From positions 32,001 to 96,000 of the forward strand of contig JANQHR010000102.1 of assembly GCA_028282585.1 (NCBI GenBank): DNA of 64,000 nucleotides. The letters are read 5' to 3'. Positions 9,949 to 18,709 of this stretch are shown here, one piece after another. This DNA comes from Bacteroidales bacterium (lineage in GTDB: Bacteria > Bacteroidota > Bacteroidia > Bacteroidales > UBA12077). Position numbers and translations under genes: made by a program. Under the pieces are notes generated by a model, which made no database searches, was not told where the DNA came from, and saw only the letters and a program-made list of their open reading frames with translations. Position 1 is the first letter of the stretch. Every line of letters starts with the position of its first letter.

Positions 9949-12060
9949 TCAATTCTTACCTTTTTCTGGATATTCTATCCTGGCATGATAAATATTCATT
10001 AATTTATCCTTAAATAAATTCTTTATCTCAGTAACATCTTTAAAATTAATATCGACATGATCGAATTGTCCCTCTTTCATTTGATTGTCAATTATATTTT
10101 CTACCAAATTACTTATTCTTTCCTCATTAATATCGCTTAAACTCCTAGATGCGGCTTCAACAGAATCTGCCATCATTAAAACTGCCATTTCCTTTGAATA
10201 TGGCTTCGGACCAGGATAGGTAAACATATTTACATCCACGTCTTTATCAGGGAATTTTTTAATATAAGACCTATAAAAATATTGAACCTTTGTAGTACCA
10301 TGATGCGTACGAATAAATTCAATCAATGGGTCAGGTAAGCTATTTTTCTTGGCTAACTCTATTCCATCTTTTACATGGCTAATAATAATATTTGCACTCT
10401 CATCAAATTCATGCATATCGTGCGGATTAAACCCCGATCTCTGATTTTCAATAAAATAAATAGGGTTATTCATTTTACCTATATCATGATACAAAGCGCC
10501 GGTACGGACTAATAATGGATTACCGCCAATTTTATGTATAGCCTCTTCGGCTAAATTTGCAACTTGCATTGAATGTTGAAAAGTGCCAGGTGCTTTTTCG
10601 GCAAGAGCTCTTAATAACTTCTGGTTAGTATCAGAAAGTTCCATCAGTGTTAAGTCAGAAACAAATCCAAAAGTTTTTTCGAAAATGTAAATTATTGGAT
10701 ATGATAATAAAATTAAACCGCTATTAAAAGCAAAAAATTTAAAATTGGCATAATTAAGGTTATTTAAAGTACCATCCTGTGTAATAGATAACCCAAAATA
10801 TATTATACTATAAGTAATAAACACTAAAATTGAAGAAACAAATAGCCCTCCTCTTCTATAATAATTTGTAGTACTAAAAATTGCAATAATTCCTGCTATA
10901 ATATTTAGAAAAACAAATTCAAACCCATTTGGAGCAAAGAAACCAACTATTAGCACAGTTATAATATGAATAAATAAAGCTAATCTTGAATCGTAAAAAG
11001 TTCTAATAATTATTGGAATAATGGCAAAAGGAATAACATAAAGTATATTTTCGGTAAAACTGGATACAATAACGAAGATAACTACAATTAAAAGTATGAA
11101 TACCGTTTTAAAACTATGCTGTAAAATTTCTCGCCTGAAATTCCATAAAAACAAATACAACACTAAAAAACAAGCAGTTATAAATATTATTTGACCCAAC
11201 AACAACCTTCTTGAATTATTAAACGTTTCCAGTTTTGATTTTGATTCGTAACTGAAAGATTCTAATATATTATAGATTTCATTTGTTATAATATCACCTT
11301 CTGATATAATTTTTTCCCCGGATTGAACCATTCCTTTGGTTATAGATATACCACTTATCAATTCGTTCCATTCATAATCTGATTTTTTTTGATCATAAAA
11401 AATATTAGATTCTATATAATCATAAGGATTAAGCGTTTTAATAAAATCTTTATTATTATTGTCCCATAATTGTTCAATATATTTGTTTACTGTATCGACA
11501 ATGAATTCATATGCCTTTTTCTGCGAATTTAAATCATTAATACTAACCTGTTCTGCAATATTATTTCTTAGAAGAATTATTACATCACTATTTTCCAAAC
11601 CTTTTACGTTTTCAATCGATTCAATTATACCGAGACTATATAAATTTTTTAAAATTGACAGGAAATTATTTTTAATTGTAGCATTGTTATTTATAAAAGC
11701 CTTTTCATTGAAATATTTTCCTTCCTCCTTAATTTTCGTTATAAACTCAGTTTCCTTATCATTAAAATGCTGATTAAACTTAGAAATATTAACAGACTCT
11801 ATACTATCCTCATAATTAAAGTATGGTCTAAACTGATTTAATATGCTGTCTTTCTCTTGCTTTAATTGATCTTCACTCTTATAAATAGGAAAATTATAAG
11901 GAGCTAATAAAGTATTATAAGACCAGGGGCTCCCAACTTTATATTCATATCTGAATTTTCCAGGCAGAAAGTAATTAACTAACGCAATTGATAACACAAA
12001 TAAAACTCCCCTAAAAATATGCTTGTAATTTTTCTTTATATAATCTAAAAACCTTTTCAT
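9949..12060 (-). CDS. 7TM-HD family phosphohydrolase (PgpH-like)
   Basis: Extracellular domain plus 7 TM helices; APGTFQHS, LYHDIGK, THHGT and MMADSVEAASRS. Confidence 0.9.
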   Translation of the reverse strand: MKRFLDYIKKNYKHIFRGVLFVLSIALVNYFLPGKFRYEYKVGSPWSYNTLLAPYNFPIYKSEDQLKQEKDSILNQFRPYFNYEDSIESVNISKFNQHFNDKETEFITKIKEEGKYFNEKAFINNNATIKNNFLSILKNLYSLGIIESIENVKGLENSDVIILLRNNIAEQVSINDLNSQKKAYEFIVDTVNKYIEQLWDNNNKDFIKTLNPYDYIESNIFYDQKKSDYEWNELISGISITKGMVQSGEKIISEGDIITNEIYNILESFSYESKSKLETFNNSRRLLLGQIIFITACFLVLYLFLWNFRREILQHSFKTVFILLIVVIFVIVSSFTENILYVIPFAIIPIIIRTFYDSRLALFIHIITVLIVGFFAPNGFEFVFLNIIAGIIAIFSTTNYYRRGGLFVSSILVFITYSIIYFGLSITQDGTLNNLNYANFKFFAFNSGLILLSYPIIYIFEKTFGFVSDLTLMELSDTNQKLLRALAEKAPGTFQHSMQVANLAEEAIHKIGGNPLLVRTGALYHDIGKMNNPIYFIENQRSGFNPHDMHEFDESANIIISHVKDGIELAKKNSLPDPLIEFIRTHHGTTKVQYFYRSYIKKFPDKDVDVNMFTYPGPKPYSKEMAVLMMADSVEAASRSLSDINEERISNLVENIIDNQMKEGQFDHVDINFKDVTEIKNLFKDKLMNIYHARIEYPEKGKN

Positions 12061-12220
12061 ATTGGTATTTAATTGATATTATTACAAATGTATAAATTTT
12101 CAATTACATTTTATTTTGTTCTATAATGCTAAAAAACTGTATTTGTTCAATTTAATTTTATATAAACCTTTAAAACTTACACAAGTAATTTGTATTTTTA
12201 AACTTATAAATTATGTTTAT

Positions 12221-12991
12221 ATGACTAAGTATGGTATATGCGAAACTAGTTTGATTCCTATTCGTAAGGAGCCCAATGATCGCAGTGAGATGGTTTCCCA
12301 ATTATTATTTGGTGAGACCTTTAAAGTTTTGGAGGAGACTGTTAAATGGACATACATAAAACTTAATCTGGATAATTATACTGGATGGGTTGATAATAAA
12401 GAGGTAAGATTAATTTTAGAAGAAGATTTAGAAAGGTTTCAGAATACTCCTTACGTAATTACCAATAAAATATCCACCAAAGTTAGAAATTCCGCAGATG
12501 AATTATTGATTCTACCTCCTGGTTGTACATTATTTAACTTTAACGAAGATGATAATAGTTTCTTTATTGGTAGAAATCATTATAAGTTAGTTGAAAAGTA
12601 TACTGAAATAACAGAAATCAATAAATTAGCAAAACAATTTATTAATGCACCCTATCTTTGGGGCGGAAAGAATCCATTTGGGTATGATTGTTCAGGTTTT
12701 GTTCAGGTGATTTATAGAATTTTAGGAGAAGATTTACCACGTGACGCAGGTCAGCAAGTAAATACTGGTAATAATATTGATTTTATTTCAGATGCTAAAC
12801 CAGGTGATTTAGCCTTTTTCGATGATGAAGAAGGAAATATAATTCATGTAGGAATTATACTTAAAAGTAGAGATATTATTCATTCTTCAGGAAAGGTAAG
12901 GATAGATAAATTAGATCAACAAGGAATATATAACATTGATTTAAAAAAATATACTCACAAATTACGGGTTATTAAACGAGTTTTAAACTAA
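12221..12991 (+). CDS. SH3 + NlpC/P60 cell-wall peptidase (YkfC/dipeptidyl-peptidase VI-like)
   Basis: SEMVSQLLFGE, PYLWGGK, DCSGFVQ, LPRDA.QQ, PGDLAFF and HVGI; ATG at 12221 preferred over the track start at 12116. Confidence 0.9.
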   Translation: MTKYGICETSLIPIRKEPNDRSEMVSQLLFGETFKVLEETVKWTYIKLNLDNYTGWVDNKEVRLILEEDLERFQNTPYVITNKISTKVRNSADELLILPPGCTLFNFNEDDNSFFIGRNHYKLVEKYTEITEINKLAKQFINAPYLWGGKNPFGYDCSGFVQVIYRILGEDLPRDAGQQVNTGNNIDFISDAKPGDLAFFDDEEGNIIHVGIILKSRDIIHSSGKVRIDKLDQQGIYNIDLKKYTHKLRVIKRVLN

Positions 12992-12997
12992 ATTAAT

Positions 12998-13123
12998 ATG
13001 GGTAAGTTTTATATATTGGTCTTTATTTTATCTGTTCTTTTTGTAATATATATTGTTAATAAAAGAATACAACAAAAAGAAAAGGAAAAACATATGAACC
13101 ATGATAATAAGGATAAAAAATGA
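12998..13123 (+). CDS. Small single-TM protein (41 aa, not in the ORF track)
   Basis: MGKFYILVFILSVLFVIYIVNKRIQQKEKEKHMNHDNKDKK*; fills the gap exactly and its stop overlaps the NUDIX start (ATGA). Confidence 0.6.
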   Translation: MGKFYILVFILSVLFVIYIVNKRIQQKEKEKHMNHDNKDKK

Positions 13124-13560
13124 TTTATACTTATGCTTACCCGCGTCCTTCAGTTACAGTTGATATAATTATACTAAAAAATATTGTATCCAAACCTCAA
13201 TTACTTTTAATAGAACGAAAACATGAACCATTTAAAAATAAATGGGCATTACCGGGCGGATTCGTTGATATTGATGAAGAAATTGAAGATGCTGCATACC
13301 GTGAACTAAAAGAAGAAACTTTTATAACAGAAATTAATTTAGTACAGTTTAGAACTTTTGGGAAAATTGGCAGAGATCCTCGCGGAAGAACAATATCTAT
13401 AGTTTACAGCGGTATACTAAAGAATTCAACTCAAGAAATTAAAGCTGGTGATGATGCAAAAGATTTAAATTGGTTTTGTATTGAAGATTTACCTGAGCTA
13501 GCTTTTGATCACAAAGAAATAGTTGAATTATTTTTATCTAAAAATAAAGAGCTCCGTTAA
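13120..13560 (+). CDS. NUDIX hydrolase
   Basis: WALPGGF...AAYRELKEET Nudix box, RDPRGR and LAFDH. Confidence 0.93.
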   Translation: MIYTYAYPRPSVTVDIIILKNIVSKPQLLLIERKHEPFKNKWALPGGFVDIDEEIEDAAYRELKEETFITEINLVQFRTFGKIGRDPRGRTISIVYSGILKNSTQEIKAGDDAKDLNWFCIEDLPELAFDHKEIVELFLSKNKELR

Positions 13561-13596
13561 AAAGAGCTCTTATTAAATGTGGTTTATAAGTGTATA

Positions 13597-14871
13597 TTAA
13601 ATGATCATTCCTGCTGCTACCGTATTATTTGTAGCTTCATCTATTAAAATTAAACTACCCATTTTTCTGTTTTTTCGATATGAATCAAAAAATAATGGTC
13701 TAGTTGTTTTAATTTGAATCTTAGCAATATCATTTAAACCTATTTTCTTGTCCTCAGTATTATGATCTAATGTGTTAACATCTATCTTATATTTAACATC
13801 CCTAATAACACATCTCAAATCATTTGTAGTATGTTTAACCGAATACTTTCCGCCTAAAACCATTGGGGTTTCACTGAACCAGCAAATCATCATTTCAATA
13901 TCCTGACTTGATTTTGGCAAACCATTATCTTTAATAATTAAATTACCACGACTGATATCGATATCATCTTCTAAAGACAAAGTCACTGATTGAGGTGCAA
14001 ACGCTTCTTCTACTTCCTCTTGAAATACATCAATAGTTTTAATTTTTGAGACTAATCCAGAAGGTAAAATCTTAACCTGGTCACCCTTGTGAAAAACACC
14101 ACCTTCAATTCTTCCTGCATATCCTCTGTAATCATGATATTCTTCTTTCATGGGTCGAACGACGTATTGAACCGGAAATCTTGTATCAACGTGATTTATA
14201 TCGCTTGCTATATGAATATTCTCCAGTAAATACAATAATGTTGGCCCTTCATACCAGCTCATATTTTCAGATCTATCAACAACATTATCTCCTAACTTAG
14301 CACTAATAGGTACGAATCTAATATCATGAACATCTAATTTAGTTGCAATTTTATCAAAATCATCCTTAATACTTTCAAAAGCCTCTTCTTTAAAGTCAAC
14401 AAGATCCATTTTGTTTATACAAACAATCATATGTGGTATTTGAAGCAAAGAAGCAATAAAAGCGTGTCTTAATGTTTGTTCTATAACGCCATTTCGTGCA
14501 TCAATTAGTATAAGTGCAACATTAGCAGTTGAAGCTCCTGTTACCATATTTCTGGTATACTGAACATGCCCAGGTGTATCTGCTATTATAAATTTTCTTT
14601 TAGGAGTTGCAAAATACCTGTAAGCAACATCGATTGTAATACCCTGTTCTCTTTCTGCGCGTAATCCATCCGTTAATAATGCCAAATTTACTTCACCATC
14701 ACCAGTTTTTTGGCTTGCCTTTTCTATTGACTCCATTTGGTCTTCGAAAATAGCTTTACTATCGTATAATAACCTACCAATTAAAGTACTTTTTCCGTCA
14801 TCAACACTACCAGCTGTAGTGAAACGTAAAAGTTCCATATCTAAATATCCTTTTGTAATATCTTCTGACAT
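13597..14871 (-). CDS. cysN: Sulfate adenylyltransferase subunit 1
   Basis: GSVDDGKSTLIGRLL, EQGITIDVAYRYF and DTPGH.QYTRNM. Confidence 0.97.
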   Translation of the reverse strand: MSEDITKGYLDMELLRFTTAGSVDDGKSTLIGRLLYDSKAIFEDQMESIEKASQKTGDGEVNLALLTDGLRAEREQGITIDVAYRYFATPKRKFIIADTPGHVQYTRNMVTGASTANVALILIDARNGVIEQTLRHAFIASLLQIPHMIVCINKMDLVDFKEEAFESIKDDFDKIATKLDVHDIRFVPISAKLGDNVVDRSENMSWYEGPTLLYLLENIHIASDINHVDTRFPVQYVVRPMKEEYHDYRGYAGRIEGGVFHKGDQVKILPSGLVSKIKTIDVFQEEVEEAFAPQSVTLSLEDDIDISRGNLIIKDNGLPKSSQDIEMMICWFSETPMVLGGKYSVKHTTNDLRCVIRDVKYKIDVNTLDHNTEDKKIGLNDIAKIQIKTTRPLFFDSYRKNRKMGSLILIDEATNNTVAAGMII

Positions 14872-14895
14872 AATATATTGTTTCTATAGGTTCTA

Positions 14896-15804
14896 TTAAA
14901 AATACCCTTCTTTCTTTCTGTCTTCCATCGCAGCCTCTGACCTTTTATCATCATGACGACCACCTCGCTCTGTTATTCTTGTAGCAGCAACTTCCTCAAT
15001 AATCTCTTCTAGCGTATTTGCTTTAGATTCTACCGCTCCGGTGCAAGTCATGTCTCCAATTGTTCTGAAACGTATAATTCTTTTTTCTGGTATCTCATCA
15101 TCTTTTAAAGTAACGTATTCACCTGCAGCTAAAATAGTACCATCACGATCAATTACCTCTCTTTCATGCGAAAAATATAAACTTGGTATCGGGATATTTT
15201 CTAAAAGAATATATTGCCAGACATCCATTTCTGTCCAATTACTGATTGGGAAAACTCTAAAATGCTCCCCCATATGTTTTTTACCATTAAAAATATTCCA
15301 TAGCTCAGGGCGCTGATTCTTTGGATCCCACTGCCCAAACTCATCTCTATGTGAAAAGAATCTTTCTTTTGCGCGAGCTTTTTCTTCGTCTCTTCTACCA
15401 CCTCCCATTGCACAATCAAATTTCAATTCTTCAATCCCATCAAGCAATGTAGTCGTTTGTAACTTGTTCCTACTTGCATTTACACCTGTTTCATCAACAA
15501 CTTTTCCTTGATCAATTGAATCCTGTACGTACCGAACAATTAATTTTGTTTCGGTATCCTTCATTAATTTGTCTCTGTAATCTAAGGTTTCCTGAAAATT
15601 ATGTCCAGTATCAATGTGCATTAATGGAAATGGTATTCTAGCAGGCCAAAACGCTTTTCTTGCCAAATGAAACATTACAATTGAATCCTTTCCGCCTGAA
15701 AAAAGCATGCATGGATTTTCGAACTGAGCAACAACTTCTCTAATTACAAAAATCGATTCTGCCTCTAATTCTCTTAAATGATTTATTCTGTATTTATTAT
15801 CCAT
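14896..15804 (-). CDS. cysD: Sulfate adenylyltransferase subunit 2
   Basis: FSGGKDS, RRDEEKARAKER, WDPKNQRPELW and MEDRKKEGYF. Confidence 0.97.
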   Translation of the reverse strand: MDNKYRINHLRELEAESIFVIREVVAQFENPCMLFSGGKDSIVMFHLARKAFWPARIPFPLMHIDTGHNFQETLDYRDKLMKDTETKLIVRYVQDSIDQGKVVDETGVNASRNKLQTTTLLDGIEELKFDCAMGGGRRDEEKARAKERFFSHRDEFGQWDPKNQRPELWNIFNGKKHMGEHFRVFPISNWTEMDVWQYILLENIPIPSLYFSHEREVIDRDGTILAAGEYVTLKDDEIPEKRIIRFRTIGDMTCTGAVESKANTLEEIIEEVAATRITERGGRHDDKRSEAAMEDRKKEGYF

Positions 15805-15837
15805 TCTATTCGTAATTTACTATAAGAGACTGCAAAA

Positions 15838-16449
15838 TTAAAAATTTTTATATTCTATCCTAGGTAAAAGTTTAAGTAATATTTGTTGAACGGATTCTTC
15901 GATAGAAGTATCAATAGTTTTGATTTCAACCGCAGGATTTTTAGGTTCTTCATAAGGCGAGTCTATACCAGTAAAGTTTTTTATTACACCTGCTCTTGCT
16001 TTAGCATATAGTCCTTTTATATCTCTCTGCTCACAAACTTCTAAAGGAGTATTAACATATATTTCAAAAAAATCTTTTTCACCTACTATTTCTTTAGCTT
16101 GATTTCTAATCTCCTCGGTTGGAGAAATAAAGCAATTAATTAAAATAACTCCCCCTATCATAAAAAGTTTAGAAACTTCAGCTATTCTGCGAATATTTTC
16201 TTTCCGTTCTTCTTCAGAAAAACCTAAGTTATTATTTATACCTGTCCTTACATTATCTCCATCCAATAATTTTGTTAGATAACCTCTGCTATGAAGTTCC
16301 AACTCAAGTCCCTTTGCAATGGTAGTTTTTCCAGAACCTGATAAACCCGTAATCCAAATTACAATTGACCTTTGCTTTAGTAAACTTTCTTTATCCTCTC
16401 TTTTAAGGATTTTATCAAATGAAGGGTGGATATCACTATTTACTTTCAT
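15838..16449 (-). CDS. cysC: Adenylyl-sulfate kinase
   Basis: WITGLSGSGKTT, LDGDNVR, RDIKGLY and FTGIDSPYE. Confidence 0.97.
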   Translation of the reverse strand: MKVNSDIHPSFDKILKREDKESLLKQRSIVIWITGLSGSGKTTIAKGLELELHSRGYLTKLLDGDNVRTGINNNLGFSEEERKENIRRIAEVSKLFMIGGVILINCFISPTEEIRNQAKEIVGEKDFFEIYVNTPLEVCEQRDIKGLYAKARAGVIKNFTGIDSPYEEPKNPAVEIKTIDTSIEESVQQILLKLLPRIEYKNF

Positions 16450-16466
16450 AATTTTTATATTATGTG

Positions 16467-16474
16467 CAAATATA
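16467..16474 (-). promoter_or_regulatory. Bacteroidota -7 promoter element (TATATTTG) upstream of cysC
   Basis: Matches the TAnnTTTG consensus about 17 nt upstream of the cysC start. Confidence 0.55.
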
Positions 16475-16492
16475 AAAAAAGAAGCTAATAAA

Positions 16493-16597
16493 GCTGTCTC
16501 AAAAGTATTTTTATCTCATTGAGAGTTGAATATTTAAAAACTGCCTTGAATATAGGAACTATGAATAAAAAAGGCTTGTTTCAATCTTTTGGACAGT
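16493..16597. mobile_element. Degenerate MITE-like element with GCTGTCnCAAAAG-type terminal inverted repeats
   Basis: gctgtctcaaaagt ... cttttggacagt; similar ends recur at 45762-45872. Confidence 0.5.
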
Positions 16598-16680
16598 TCT
16601 TATGTTTGTAAGGCATAAGTTTCAGGTCTCAAGTTAAAAATTTAACCTGAAACCTTTTGAGCCTATAAAATTTGAAACTT

Positions 16681-16896
16681 GTGCAAAAACAAATTAACAA
16701 ATTAGATTTTATTGGGCAAAATATCTATGCAGGAATTGATACTCATAAAAAAACATTGGCCAATCACTGTTATTGTTGAAGATGTTATCTATCGGACTTT
16801 TTGCCAACCATCAAGTGCAGTTGTACTTTTTGGTTATTAAAAAAGAATTTTCCAGTAGCAAATTATCATTATGCTTATGAAGCTGGTTTTTGGATA
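16681..16896 (+). pseudogene. IS110-family transposase remnant (N-terminal DEDD domain, frameshifted and truncated)
   Basis: Stitched frames read VQKQINKLDFIGQNIYAGIDTHKK / WPITVIVEDVIYRTFCQPSS..LFGY / LKKNFPVANYHYAYEAGFW; the GID-H and YEAG motifs are typical of Bacteroidota IS110. Confidence 0.8.
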
Positions 16897-17130
16897 AAAA
16901 ATGGTCTGAATGGAAATGGTATAAAGTATATGCAAATAAAGGAAGAGAATATGGTTTACAATTGGGAAGTTTTACAAAATACAATCGTCTACTAAAAAGT
17001 TATATTTGACAAAAGAATTTATATTCAATAAAAATAAGAGGTGAAAGACTTTGTCCTATCTTTTGACATAATAAAAATACTAAACATCTAAATGTCTGTA
17101 AATATAGAAACTAGATTAAAGAAATAAACA

Positions 17131-17171
17131 AAAAAGAGGCTTCTTTTGCTTTACAACATAGAAGCCCCTTT
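17131..17171 (-). terminator. Terminator after susD-1
   Basis: aaaaagaggcttct...agaagcccctt inverted repeat; gives a U-tract on the minus strand. Confidence 0.55.
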
Positions 17172-17189
17172 GTAAATCTATTTATTTAT

Positions 17190-18698
17190 CTACAGAGGAT
17201 TCTGATCTGCTACTGAAATATTATCATTAGCATCTAATTCATCTTGTGGTATTTGCCATACAAGACGATTACTACTAGCAGGTAAAGAACCTGGGAAATA
17301 ATGATTTCCTATACGATCTAATGGTAATTGTCTTCGTTTAAGATCTAACGTTGATGCTAAACCTTCACCATACAACTCTTTTCTTCTCTCTAATAGAATT
17401 TCATCTATTAAGTTCTGACCTGTATTTGTAGACTCTACTGCATTTTCATCAGCTCTTTCCTGAACTAAAAATAATAAATCTTGTGCCTCTGGATAATTAT
17501 TTAATTCTGCATTTGCTTCAGCTTCAATTAATATCATTTCAGCAGCACGCATTAATACATAATGCCCAGTTTGATCATCTTTATCTCTAAATTTTCTAAT
17601 AACGTATTGATCAGCTGGAGTTGCATAACCTGAAGCATTAATTGGATCAGCCATTTTATCCACTACAAGAGGGTATGCATCAACTGCAAGATTAGCTCTA
17701 ATATCTGTTGCAGAAAACTCTGCTAAGAATCCAGAATTCATTCTCATATTATAATATCCAGCAGCTCTTTCTAAATCATACATTGAAAAGAAAGAATAAT
17801 AAAAATGCTGTTGGTCTTGTTGAAATGGTAAACCCCAAATCCATTCTCCATTTGCATCTACATCATTGAATCCAGAAGTATAAGTAGCAGCATTATCAAG
17901 TGAATATCCACTTCTCGCAGCAGCAGCAGCAGTTGCTGCTTCCGACCAGTTACCCATAATTAAATGCGCTCTTGCAAGTATACCTTGAGCAACATTTACA
18001 TTAACATGAGATTTACTATCTCTTTCACCACCTGATGGTAATAAAGTTAGAGCCATACTTATATCTGATAAAATCTGGTCATATACATCTTGAACAGTTC
18101 CTCTAGGGTTACCTTCACTTTCAGGTGTTGCAGGTTCTAAATAAATTGGTACACCAGGGTTATCGCTACCTTCGATATAGGCATGTTGGAAAATATTTAC
18201 CAAATAGAAATAAGCAAACGCACGTAATGTATGAGCTTCTCCCTTTATTCTATTTTTTTCAGATGCTTCACCTTCAGATCCATCAATGTTTACTATAATA
18301 TTATTGCAATTATTAATGATCTTATAGTAAAAATTCCATAACCCTCTTGTTTTTGAATAATTAGCCTGAGTAAAATCAAATCCTAAATCATGATCAAAAT
18401 AATACCATGCAGGATAAGGAATAATAACATCTCTGCCATCTAGCACATCAAGAGTAATATCAACTGATTTTTGCCCCATGTCTTCGTGCCTTCCACTTCC
18501 ACCCGAATCGTATTCTCTTAACCATCTGTATAATCCATTCAATACAGTTTGTGCTCCTTCTGTAGTTTTAAATACATCTGCATCAGAAATGTCGGTAGTC
18601 GGTGTAGTTTCAAGGAAATCTTCCTCACAGCTTATCAAACTCATTGAAAATAGAGCGATAAGCGTTATATTTAAATATTTTTTTAATTTATTTTTCAT
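17190..18698 (-). CDS. SusD/RagB-family outer-membrane lipoprotein (pair 1)
   Basis: Lipobox LISC-EEDFL; GEA..LRAFAYFYLV, MRAAEMILIEAEA, ERRKELYGEG and QNP. Confidence 0.93.
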   Translation of the reverse strand: MKNKLKKYLNITLIALFSMSLISCEEDFLETTPTTDISDADVFKTTEGAQTVLNGLYRWLREYDSGGSGRHEDMGQKSVDITLDVLDGRDVIIPYPAWYYFDHDLGFDFTQANYSKTRGLWNFYYKIINNCNNIIVNIDGSEGEASEKNRIKGEAHTLRAFAYFYLVNIFQHAYIEGSDNPGVPIYLEPATPESEGNPRGTVQDVYDQILSDISMALTLLPSGGERDSKSHVNVNVAQGILARAHLIMGNWSEAATAAAAARSGYSLDNAATYTSGFNDVDANGEWIWGLPFQQDQQHFYYSFFSMYDLERAAGYYNMRMNSGFLAEFSATDIRANLAVDAYPLVVDKMADPINASGYATPADQYVIRKFRDKDDQTGHYVLMRAAEMILIEAEANAELNNYPEAQDLLFLVQERADENAVESTNTGQNLIDEILLERRKELYGEGLASTLDLKRRQLPLDRIGNHYFPGSLPASSNRLVWQIPQDELDANDNISVADQNPL

Positions 18699-18709
18699 AG
18701 CTATTTATT

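Noticed and set aside
16801-16995. 64-aa ORF as an independent gene
   Set aside because: Its recognisable part (KKNFP...YEAGFW) is one frame of the broken IS110 transposase.
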